Source: an uncultured Lentisphaeria bacterium (GTDB lineage: Bacteria > Verrucomicrobiota > Lentisphaeria > JABSQK01 > JAJFLO01). Taken from it: a DNA stretch of 32,000 bases. The stretch spans positions 930,001 through 962,000 of the forward strand of contig OX638337.1 in assembly GCA_951812855.1 (NCBI GenBank), written 5' to 3'. Under the pieces are notes generated by a model. It saw only the letters and a program-made list of their open reading frames with translations, was not told where the DNA came from and did no database searches. The position numbers and the translations under genes were made by a program. Of this stretch, positions 7,514 through 16,022 are shown one piece after another (position 1 is the stretch's first letter; each line of letters starts with the position of its first letter).

Positions 7514-7590
7514 TGGTAGCGGGGGCAGGATTTGAACCTGCGACCTTCAGGTTATGAGCCTGACAAGCTACCGGACTGCTCTACCCCGCA
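7514..7590 (-). tRNA. tRNA-Met (CAT), initiator type, with encoded CCA
   Basis: The 77-nt cloverleaf folds by hand: TGCGGGG-T-A-GAGC-AGTCCGGTA-GCTT-G-TCAGG-CTCATAA-CCTGA-AGGTC-GCAGG-TTCAAAT-CCTGC-CCCCGCT-A-CCA. Acceptor pairs 2-7 are identical to my recall of E. coli tRNA-fMet. Position 1:72 is unpaired (U:U) and A11:U24 is present; both are initiator marks. Only two of the usual three G:C pairs close the anticodon stem. Confidence 0.85.
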
Positions 7591-7658
7591 ATATTAAATT
7601 ATCAGGTTTTGTGCGGAACTGCCTGAATGATAAAAATGGCGATCCCGCAAACGCGGGA

Positions 7659-7731
7659 TTATAAGTCTGACAAGCTATCGGTCTTCGCAAAAATGGCTTC
7701 GACGAAACTGCTCTGACTGCATTGCACCGCA
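7659..7731 (-). pseudogene. Decayed tandem copy of the tRNA-Met gene
   Basis: Minus strand: aatttaatctTGCGGTGCAATGCAGTCAGAGCAG...CCGATAGCTTGTCAGACTTATAA. The functional gene reads aatttaatatTGCGGGGTAGAGCAGTCCGGTAGCTTGTCAGGCTCATAA. The two share the upstream flank, the acceptor 5' strand, D-arm pieces and the anticodon-arm 5' half. The copy carries an insertion, has no T-arm and cannot fold into a cloverleaf. Confidence 0.55.
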
Positions 7732-7966
7732 AGATTAAATTGTTGTGGATGAATTACATTCACCTCGGATTACGTTAATTTAATGTTAATGGTTATCAAT
7801 CCCAAAAGTTAAGAATTTTAAACTATAAGATTTGTGTGGATAAAATGATGAAAGCAATGGCGGATTTGCTGAATATACGATAGCAAATGCATTTTATTGT
7901 TTCCCGATTCAAGGTGACTGTGACGCTGCCCGGGAGGCGGTTATATGCATCGATCATTAATTTTCA

Positions 7967-10900
7967 TCAAATTGTTTGAAAAACCGCACATGAAACTCGC
8001 TGATGTTCCATCGTTGTGAACATTTCAGCCTGGGAAATATCGACATCTTTATTTGTATCGAACAATTCTTGAAAACTCAGATCGTTATTTTCTAATTTTA
8101 TACTCCAGTCTTTACACCCGTCACGATCAATAGATGTCAGTAAGGAATAATGACTTGAAAAGGGAATAAAACTATCCGCTCTAACTGAACCACATTCTAA
8201 ATCAAGTTTTTTATCTTCAGCAACATTATAGAGCAATGATTCTTTCGCTGTGATATTTGTTGCGGTTATTTTTATCATAACACAATTTTCCACATTTAAT
8301 TCACCGGCATCTACACCAATCAACAAACTATTTTTAACGGATCCCTTGGTTATTTTTGAACCCCATATAAACGAATGATCATCAACCTCAACATCATTTA
8401 TTTCACTATGATCAATGCGTTTAGCTAAATTAAAAAAACGGCGCATCACTTCTGCTTCATTAGTATTTTGAATCATTTTCATACAATTCTTCATGAAAAA
8501 CTTTACCTGCCCATAATCCCACCAATAACTTTCATCCCCCACATTTACGGCACCGAATATCCCCATCTCAGGATGATTTTCCTGTAACTTCTTTTTTAAT
8601 AATGACATTCGTTCATAATGTTGCCCGGATATTTCAGAGGCTTCACCTTTTTGATCCATAATTTTTAGATATGTCTTACTATCCAGGGTTAATGGCATCC
8701 AGAAATGTGGATCTGAATCTAATTTTGACGATTTTTGATCAAGTTCATCAGTAAATTCATTTAAAAGAATCGTCGTTAATTCAGCTGAAATGCTAAATGA
8801 ACCAAGACTCACTCCAATACCGTTTTCAACACCAATTATGTTATTATCAATTAGATGACTGGCTGTTTCATGCGAAATTTTTTCCACTTGTGCTGCGTTA
8901 CTGCTATCGTCAACACTAATGAGCCCATATTTATCTAAATCCCTTTCTTTCCACTCCTGTTCATCCGGCATTGGACCGAGACAACATAAAATATCTGCAT
9001 GGTGAGTTGGAGTATAGTTGATCTTAGTGCATGAGATGAAAATTTGATCTCCCCAGAAGACTGAAACTCTTCCCTTCCGGCTTGATGCATATAACGAGGT
9101 CTGTTTTATTACGGCTTCAAGAATTGTTATTGGTTTCGGTTTATCATTAATGTATACCATTCCAGGCAGCTTAACTCCGGGTTTATTATTGTTTTCACTG
9201 CCGGGCAGAGGGGCAAGTCGAGTCCCCTTGCCGGCTGTATGATATAAACCGACAGAAGCTCTGTTATTAAGCTTTTCAAATAAATCAATATTAAAATTCT
9301 GAGCTTTTTCAGCCGCCTTTTTGAGTGCATATAACGTACCCAGTCCATTACCTGCACCACCATCCCAATCCTCATGAACCGCAATTATGACCGCATTGTC
9401 ATTGGTAATTTGTCCGCGTGTACTTTCAAGTCTCTGCTGCCAATAATCTTCCTGAAACTTGCTGGTTGTTGACACAATTACGATATCCATGCCGCCACCA
9501 TTCAGAATTGTTGAATTTATATTTTCTATATTAGTAAAGATCAGTCTTTCATTTTGGGTATAGTCATCGCCTAATGTCTCTTCAATATTGATTTGAAAAT
9601 CGTCATCCGTTGCGGCTGATATAATTTCAAGTGCCTTTTTATTAATCTCCGATGCACGTTCCTTTGAATCAGATTCCGTATAGCATCTGAATTCCGGAGC
9701 ATTGCCAGATGGGCGCAAATGAATAATGTCGTTATTTTTAAATGTCATACGCACACCATCGGTAAAATCAACAGTCTTAACTTTACCAAAAAATATATCG
9801 AAGTAATTATTAGCTAATTGCTCGTCTTCCTGGCGAAATCTTAATAAAAGATGTTTACCGCGTTCTGAGGAAAAATCGCGAAGTAAACCACTTGCAGTAT
9901 ATCGAGTTGGTAAACCATCCATTACTTTTGAAACAGGGACACTTTTTTCCTTTGCATAGATTAAAACCGAAAGTATGGGTAATACCGCATCGCGTGTTGG
10001 CAATGCCCTTAACTTACGGGTGCTCCGGGGAGTAGAAAGAGTTGATGCTGTAAGCAAACCGCCATTTCCTTCATACCCTATAATCCGTTTATGAGCCCAG
10101 GCAACAGCACTCATCATTGCTGCGATAACATAAGGCGAACCAATTTTAGTCCTTGCAATATTAGGGAATTTACCACACAACTCCAACGCTGTATTACAAC
10201 TTACAGGTACAATAACAGAATCAGATTTAAAAAATATGGCAGTAATTAATCCTAAAATATCTCCGGGAACTAACGTTCCGGTTTCATCCATAACCAATGG
10301 GCGGTCACTATCACCATCAAAGCTAACTAAGGCATCAGCCTGACTGTCGTTAACCCATTTTTCGAGGTCTTCTACGTTTTCAACAGCCTCGGTATCAACA
10401 GGTATAAACTTTTCAGATCGACCTACAGACGTTATGTCCGCACCCAGTTCAGAAAGAATTTCAACAAGAATATCCCGGCCAACTGCAGAGTGTTCATAAA
10501 CCACAATTGACATACCGTTTAAGCTATCCTGAGGGAAAAAATCGAGATATCGCTTAATATACAAAGATTGAGCTTCTTCTGATACATCCGGTGTTACATC
10601 AGCGTTAGCCTCTTTAAGATTTCCATTCTCATTAAACGGATACTCCGGATCTCCAATAAACGCTTCATCGGCGAGTTTAAATTTGTTATATAATCGTGTA
10701 ATCTCAGATTCATCATCTTTTAAGATCTCACCTTTTGGCACATTAAATTTAATCCCGTTACGATCATCAGGAATATGACTTCCCGTCACCATAATTCCGC
10801 CAATTTTATTTTGAATACAGTAGTTAACAAGAGCCGGTGTTGGTATTTGACCACAATTTACAACGTCAACATTTTCCCTTTTCAATGCATATGAAACTGC

Positions 10901-11071
10901 ATTCATAATTCGGGGAGTACTGCTTCGGCGATCACCTGCTATGGCGACCTTATCGGGACATTTCTGAGTTCTTAAAAAATCAAGAAATGCTAACGTATAA
11001 AGACAGCATTCCCGATCTGACATTTCACTAACGAGACCTCTGACTCCACTGGTTCCAAACTTTAACGCCAT
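7967..11071 (-). CDS. Bifunctional fusion: phosphohexomutase (PGM/PMM family) N-terminal half plus sugar-1-phosphate nucleotidyltransferase-like C-terminal half
   Basis: N-terminal half: FGTSGVRG, the VTGSHIPDDRNGIKF phosphoserine loop, the FDGDSDRP metal loop, GYEGNGG and HLRPSGNAPEFRCY. C-terminal half: IVIVSTTSKFQEDYWQQRL, DWDGGAGNGLGT and HTAGKGTRLAPLPG (G-x-G-T-R-L nucleotidyltransferase signature), then a repetitive beta-helix-like tail. This pattern recalls the fucokinase/GDP-fucose-pyrophosphorylase family. The likely start is the ATG at 11071 (MALKFGTSG), preceded by AGAAGG. The track start at 11095 is a TTG. Confidence 0.7.
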   Translation of the reverse strand: MALKFGTSGVRGLVSEMSDRECCLYTLAFLDFLRTQKCPDKVAIAGDRRSSTPRIMNAVSYALKRENVDVVNCGQIPTPALVNYCIQNKIGGIMVTGSHIPDDRNGIKFNVPKGEILKDDESEITRLYNKFKLADEAFIGDPEYPFNENGNLKEANADVTPDVSEEAQSLYIKRYLDFFPQDSLNGMSIVVYEHSAVGRDILVEILSELGADITSVGRSEKFIPVDTEAVENVEDLEKWVNDSQADALVSFDGDSDRPLVMDETGTLVPGDILGLITAIFFKSDSVIVPVSCNTALELCGKFPNIARTKIGSPYVIAAMMSAVAWAHKRIIGYEGNGGLLTASTLSTPRSTRKLRALPTRDAVLPILSVLIYAKEKSVPVSKVMDGLPTRYTASGLLRDFSSERGKHLLLRFRQEDEQLANNYFDIFFGKVKTVDFTDGVRMTFKNNDIIHLRPSGNAPEFRCYTESDSKERASEINKKALEIISAATDDDFQINIEETLGDDYTQNERLIFTNIENINSTILNGGGMDIVIVSTTSKFQEDYWQQRLESTRGQITNDNAVIIAVHEDWDGGAGNGLGTLYALKKAAEKAQNFNIDLFEKLNNRASVGLYHTAGKGTRLAPLPGSENNNKPGVKLPGMVYINDKPKPITILEAVIKQTSLYASSRKGRVSVFWGDQIFISCTKINYTPTHHADILCCLGPMPDEQEWKERDLDKYGLISVDDSSNAAQVEKISHETASHLIDNNIIGVENGIGVSLGSFSISAELTTILLNEFTDELDQKSSKLDSDPHFWMPLTLDSKTYLKIMDQKGEASEISGQHYERMSLLKKKLQENHPEMGIFGAVNVGDESYWWDYGQVKFFMKNCMKMIQNTNEAEVMRRFFNLAKRIDHSEINDVEVDDHSFIWGSKITKGSVKNSLLIGVDAGELNVENCVMIKITATNITAKESLLYNVAEDKKLDLECGSVRADSFIPFSSHYSLLTSIDRDGCKDWSIKLENNDLSFQELFDTNKDVDISQAEMFTTMEHQRVSCAVFQTI

Positions 11072-11124
11072 TAAAATACCTTCTCTAAAATTCAATACTC
11101 CGGAGTTGTATATAATTCATTTAT

Positions 11125-12015
11125 CTACACAATTCCCAATGAAGGTCTTGGATACGAACCTAACACTTTGACAACTTCTATTTGACTGCCTTTCGGTTTT
11201 AATCGGTATCTGATGGCATCAATGCATCGAATAAAATCAGGATTTGATTTATGACACATAATTTCAAGGTAAAACATTTGCGGTTCAACATCAGTTGTTG
11301 ATACATCATCGATCGCCGGGCGGGAATGGATTTTTGCGTTATTAAGATCATGGTACGCGATTTGGCTTAAAATTTCAGCAAGTAAACCTGAACGGTCAAC
11401 TTGTGGAGTTACTGCAATCATAGTAAAAAACTGTTCAGCGGGTTCATAAAACGTATCATCATTAAGTGCGATTAAATAGAAATCGGTAAAATTAATTCTC
11501 CCATGCCGCCTGTTGCCAATATTGCCCGCGATAATATTGAGCCCCTGGCAACCGAGTGCTTCTGCACTGGCAATTGCAATTCCTGAATTCTCTTTTTTTA
11601 CCCTGGCAGCACCTTCAGCTGTACTGGTAACAGCAACTTCAACACAGTCGGGATAATGTTCCCAAAGATATTCGGAACATTGAGCCAATGCCTTTGGATG
11701 GGAATAAACATGGTTTGCTGAATCATTATCGGAACTTCCCAAAGCCCATTCAACTGCAACCCGCTGGGAACTGATCAGGCACAATTGATTTTCATAAATT
11801 AGATCAATGCTTTCCTGAACTAATCCTTCTAAGTAATTATAATAGGGAAGTACAGCAAACTCTGCATTTAATTTTGAGTCTGCAGACAAGCTGCGGGCTA
11901 CAGCCTCAATTGTGGGTAAGGGAACAATTTCAACTCTGTCATCTAATTTTTCCAATAACAACTTTGCTGCTTTTTCAGAATATGTATTTTCAGGTCCTAA
12001 ATATGAGAGTCTCAT
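11125..12015 (-). CDS. Prephenate dehydratase-like protein (PDT catalytic domain plus ACT domain), divergent at canonical motifs
   Basis: 296-aa ORF with LSYLGPENTYSEKAA, SHPKALAQCSEYL and an ACT-like C-terminus with IHSRP. The canonical PIENS and TRF motifs read instead as LPYYNY and NFTDF. Confidence 0.65.
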   Translation of the reverse strand: MRLSYLGPENTYSEKAAKLLLEKLDDRVEIVPLPTIEAVARSLSADSKLNAEFAVLPYYNYLEGLVQESIDLIYENQLCLISSQRVAVEWALGSSDNDSANHVYSHPKALAQCSEYLWEHYPDCVEVAVTSTAEGAARVKKENSGIAIASAEALGCQGLNIIAGNIGNRRHGRINFTDFYLIALNDDTFYEPAEQFFTMIAVTPQVDRSGLLAEILSQIAYHDLNNAKIHSRPAIDDVSTTDVEPQMFYLEIMCHKSNPDFIRCIDAIRYRLKPKGSQIEVVKVLGSYPRPSLGIV

Positions 12016-12061
12016 AGCTAACTATTCCGATTATAATTTTCATATACCATTTTATCATAAT

Positions 12062-12118
12062 AAAAAAAACAGTATCCAATGCTGAACATATTTAATCCGA
12101 AATCACACTGGATAAACG
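12062..12118 (-). terminator. Possible intrinsic terminator after the zinc-ribbon gene
   Basis: On the minus-strand transcript a 9-bp stem (12114-12106 with 12081-12073, one G:U) is followed by CUG and U8 (12069-12062). The loop is long (24 nt), so this is weak. Confidence 0.3.
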
Positions 12119-12121
12119 TTT

Positions 12122-12541
12122 TTACACGCCATCAACCATTAGACATCCTCTAAATAAAATAATAAAAAATAATAAAATTATAAAAGGTAAAGCAATAATG
12201 AATCCACAACCGTATTTAAGAAAATCGGAAAACTCTGAATCTTTTTCCTGTTCTTTGAGAACAAGCCTTCCTGTTTTCAGATTCACTCTGCAAAATCTGC
12301 AAATAATTGCTTCCAGTTTTATAATTTCAGCACAATACGGGCACGCTCTCGTATCTTTTTTTGTCGGGATTTCGATGTCATCATCAACAATTTCAGCCTC
12401 AATAGGGTCATCAGCAACAGAAGAGCAAGGCTCCTCTATTTCCTCATTCTCTTTTTCCCTCCGGCCAGATGTCGAACTATTGCAGTTTGGACAATTTAAA
12501 TAACTTACAGGTATATATGCACCACACTCAAAACAATTCAT
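12122..12541 (-). CDS. Double zinc-ribbon protein with a C-terminal transmembrane anchor (hypothetical)
   Basis: 139-aa ORF with CFECGAYIPVSYLNCPNC and CPYCAEIIKLEAIICRFC (two CxxC...CxxC ribbons). An acidic linker joins them and the C-terminus is hydrophobic (GFIIALPFIILLFFIILF). It starts 21 nt after the thiolase stop on the same strand. Confidence 0.55.
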   Translation of the reverse strand: MNCFECGAYIPVSYLNCPNCNSSTSGRREKENEEIEEPCSSVADDPIEAEIVDDDIEIPTKKDTRACPYCAEIIKLEAIICRFCRVNLKTGRLVLKEQEKDSEFSDFLKYGCGFIIALPFIILLFFIILFRGCLMVDGV

Positions 12542-12562
12542 TGATCATTTGAATCCACGGGT

Positions 12563-13606
12563 CTACCATTCCAATCCAAGCATTAAGGTGTTAAGACCAC
12601 TGCCAATTCCTAAAAATCCAACACGTTCACCCTCTTCTAAAATAGCTCTTTCTTCAGATAAAGCCGCCGTCAACGGTAAGGAGACAGTACCCATATTCCC
12701 CAGATATTCAAAGGTGCTGAGATCTTTTTCTTTCGGCATGTCTAAAGCATTTAATATTTGCTTCTGATGCTCCGCCCCTACCTGGTGACAGACAATTTTA
12801 TCAACATCTTCAGCATTATATTGAATCTCCTCTAAAAAATCGACCCAGGTACTCTTAAATAATTTGATACCATACTTTAGAACATTTGCTGAATCTGTTG
12901 TCATAAATGGATACATATGTCCATTTGATGAACGTTCTGTCCCCCACCGGCATAAATTATGAAATTCCGGTGCAGTACGGTGCATACCCCCAACTAATTT
13001 GTGACCTTGATTTTCAGAAAATGAATCATCTGTCAACAATACGGCAATAGAACCAGAGCCTCCAGTAAGTGTAGCCAGAGATGTCAGGAAAAAATCCATG
13101 GATTTTTCATCAAGCATCTTTGAAATCATTGTTTCATTGATTTCCCGTGCACTTTCACAGGAGACAACAAGACCCGCACGAATTTGTCCGAGTTCGATTC
13201 GATTCGCAATATCAAGCATTCCGTTGAGCACTCCCAGGCACGCATTTGAAATGTCGTATACAATCGTTTTAGAACTTGCACCCAGTACATGAGCAACCGG
13301 ACACGCGGTAGCCGGTTCGAAGTTTTCTCTGCACACTCCGGAATATACGAGAACTTCAATGTCAGAAATATCTAAATCTCCCTTGCTTAATGCATTCTGA
13401 GCTGCACTGATTGCTCCCTGTGACAATGGTGTATTCGGCTCCCACCATCGACGTTCGTAAATTCCAGTCAAAGTCTCTAATTGACCTGGTTGCATGTGAA
13501 GTGTCTCATACAAGCTTTCTAAACGTTCTTCAAGTTCCAGTGATGTAACGACAACGGGTGCTAATTCATATCCTATTGATCTAACATATACACGATTATA
13601 ACGCAC
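12563..13606 (-). CDS. Thiolase-fold condensing enzyme, OleA-like / KAS III (FabH) family
   Basis: 347-aa ORF with a GTG start at 13606, 4 nt after the upstream stop. It has a Cys-His-Asn triad: DISNACLG (Cys codon 13238-13240, aa 123), CHQVG, and GNMGTVSLP 30 residues after the His. It ends GIGSGLNTLMLGLEW. A Glu in FEPATA lies 26 residues before the Cys. HQV replaces the FabH HQAN. Confidence 0.8.
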   Translation of the reverse strand: MRYNRVYVRSIGYELAPVVVTSLELEERLESLYETLHMQPGQLETLTGIYERRWWEPNTPLSQGAISAAQNALSKGDLDISDIEVLVYSGVCRENFEPATACPVAHVLGASSKTIVYDISNACLGVLNGMLDIANRIELGQIRAGLVVSCESAREINETMISKMLDEKSMDFFLTSLATLTGGSGSIAVLLTDDSFSENQGHKLVGGMHRTAPEFHNLCRWGTERSSNGHMYPFMTTDSANVLKYGIKLFKSTWVDFLEEIQYNAEDVDKIVCHQVGAEHQKQILNALDMPKEKDLSTFEYLGNMGTVSLPLTAALSEERAILEEGERVGFLGIGSGLNTLMLGLEW

Positions 13607-13610
13607 AATT

Positions 13611-16022
13611 TTATCCTGAATATTTTAATGTAAATTGTTTCATTTCATAAATAATCCGTCCATCTACACTGAGAAAGCCATCGGCATAAATAATATGATT
13701 TTTCTCGTCAATTTCCATGATACAGGCTTCAACAGTCACTTGCTCATCAGTTGGTATGATTTGACCCCGATAAACCCAGCTATGCTCTTTATTTAATGCA
13801 ATATTCTCAAATGTTAACGTAGGTTTTTCTCCCCAGTGCTCAACTGCAAAGACTTGTAACAATTGGATAAATGATTCAAGGCCGAGTGATCCGGGACATA
13901 CCGGATCTTCGTAAAAGTGTGCCTTGAAAAACCACTCATCAGGATTCACGTTCTTTATGCCCCTGATAAATCCTTTCCCTGCGGGACCGCCATCCTTAAC
14001 AAACAAACTGACGTGATCAATCATCCGGAGCATTTCGTCTGGAAACGGTTTAGATTCAGGAAACGGGAATGACGATCCGCGAGCGATTTCCTGTTCGTCT
14101 GGAACATAAGGTTTTGCACCGATTATTCCGACCTGATCTGCCAGAGCAGCTTTTGTAAAGAAACCAAAATAAGTTTTTCCCCTATAGATTGACTGACCTT
14201 GGTTTTTAACATGAAAATCAAAATGCTGAATTACCATTCCGCCTGATGTAGAAACAGATGTAATTTTTATGTTAACAGATACTATACCGGCAGTTTCTTC
14301 AACGGGCAGATATTGAACCGCACTTCCTCCTAAATTACGAAATTTAAGATCAACATCGCTTGTAAGAGCTGATCCTATATAAGCGGCTAACCAACCACAC
14401 GGCTGCAACGCAATTTCCAGCAATACACTAAATGGCATTCCACTTACATTTGACTTAAAATACCATTCACCTGGAGGAACATCATATTCACCGGTAATCT
14501 CACCTCCCCCAACCATTTTCCATTGTTCCGCATCAATGGCGACAATCCGATCCAAAAACTGGTATGGTGGTCCCGGTAATCTGGCAATTTTACGATCATT
14601 ATCAAAAATTTTGTACTGCTCTCCAAATGCTTCCGAGGGTTTACCAATTGCAAACGCAAGAATTCGGTCCCGATCAAATATCGGAGCATTTGATTGCTGA
14701 ATCTGTTCCGGTTTATCATTGATTGTTTGCGAATTCCAGAGCGTTTCTAATTTTTCGCGGGTTAATCCCGTCAGTCGAACTGACATATCCGTTATTTCAA
14801 CGATCGGCTTACCATCAGCAAACATTAATGCATCAACTATGGTATACGGTTCCGGACGATATCCCAGTTCCTTAACAGATATTTCGTAAATCACCTTCTC
14901 TGTCGATTGCAAAACCTGTCCCCGACATTTTAACCGTCCTTTAATTCCAGTTACCGGTTCGCATACGGCATCTGATTTTTCCCCTATCCATCCTATTCTC
15001 ATCAGGTAAACTCGCAGGGTATGTAAACAGCATTCATACATCAACGTCCCCGGCATGACTTTATCATCCACGAAATGACATGTTAAGAACCAGTCATCCG
15101 GATGAATATCTGCCTCTCCTTTGATTAATCCTAATCCGAATCGTCCACCCTTCGGATTCAATTCTAAGATACGATCAACCAATTTCATTTTACCAGCAGG
15201 AAGGGTTAAGGGATCATTGAGACTGATTCCTGAAAATAAGTGTCCGAAACATCCTTCAAAATTGCCGTTTCTCAAAGCAGCAATCTGGTCATCACTGTAA
15301 GATTCCACGACCATCGGTACAAATTCTGTCCAATCATCGGGAACAATTCCCTTTACTTTCTTTTTCTGAAACTCTGTTTTAATTATCCCCTTACCTGCAT
15401 CAAGTTCTTTTTGAGTAAAGAAGCCCGCACATCCGTTCTCCATTGTCAACAAGGGTTTACCATCAACAGTACCTTCGAAATTGAATCGAAATAAATACGT
15501 GTTACCCTGCTTAAAAAAGTGATCTATTTTAATATCGTAATGAATCACTCTTCCGGGTCCCGGCAATGAACTGTGAAACGTAACTTCTGCATCCAGTAAC
15601 CGATAAACGGCGAATCCCTTAGACTCAAAATCAATTCCAAGATAACCCGATAAAAAGAGATCTGCCTGCCCGGCTTCAACAGCAATACATGTTGGAATCC
15701 GGCCATTGTCCAAATACCACGAATTTGGATGGATATCATGCTCGGTAACAACCCGTCCAGATGTCATTGATCGCACTTCACCATTAATTTCCATTATACG
15801 ATCTACCAGCATCAGCGGTTCATCAGGCAGCCGTACCCGAGTGGGGTAGGAATCAACGTCATTAAATTCCGGGCCCAATACTTTTCCTATAGATCCAATT
15901 GCGAATTCCATGCACATCTCTCGGTCCAGTACAGGAACAATTTCCTCCCGCTGATCCGAAAAACTACTATTGTTAGATTCATCGGCCACATTATTAGACA
16001 TTTGTTCGCTAAGATCAGGTGT
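13611..16022 (-). other. PfaC-like domains: two FabA-type dehydratase/isomerase units, each preceded by a pseudo-DH hot-dog
   Basis: DWFLTCHFVDDKVMPGTL (His codon 15075-15077, aa 1835) and EWFFKAHFYEDPVCPGSLG (His codon 13917-13919, aa 2221). The preceding pseudo-DH segments begin LDREMCMEFAIGSIGKVLG and FDRDRILAFAIGKPSEAFG. Confidence 0.8.
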
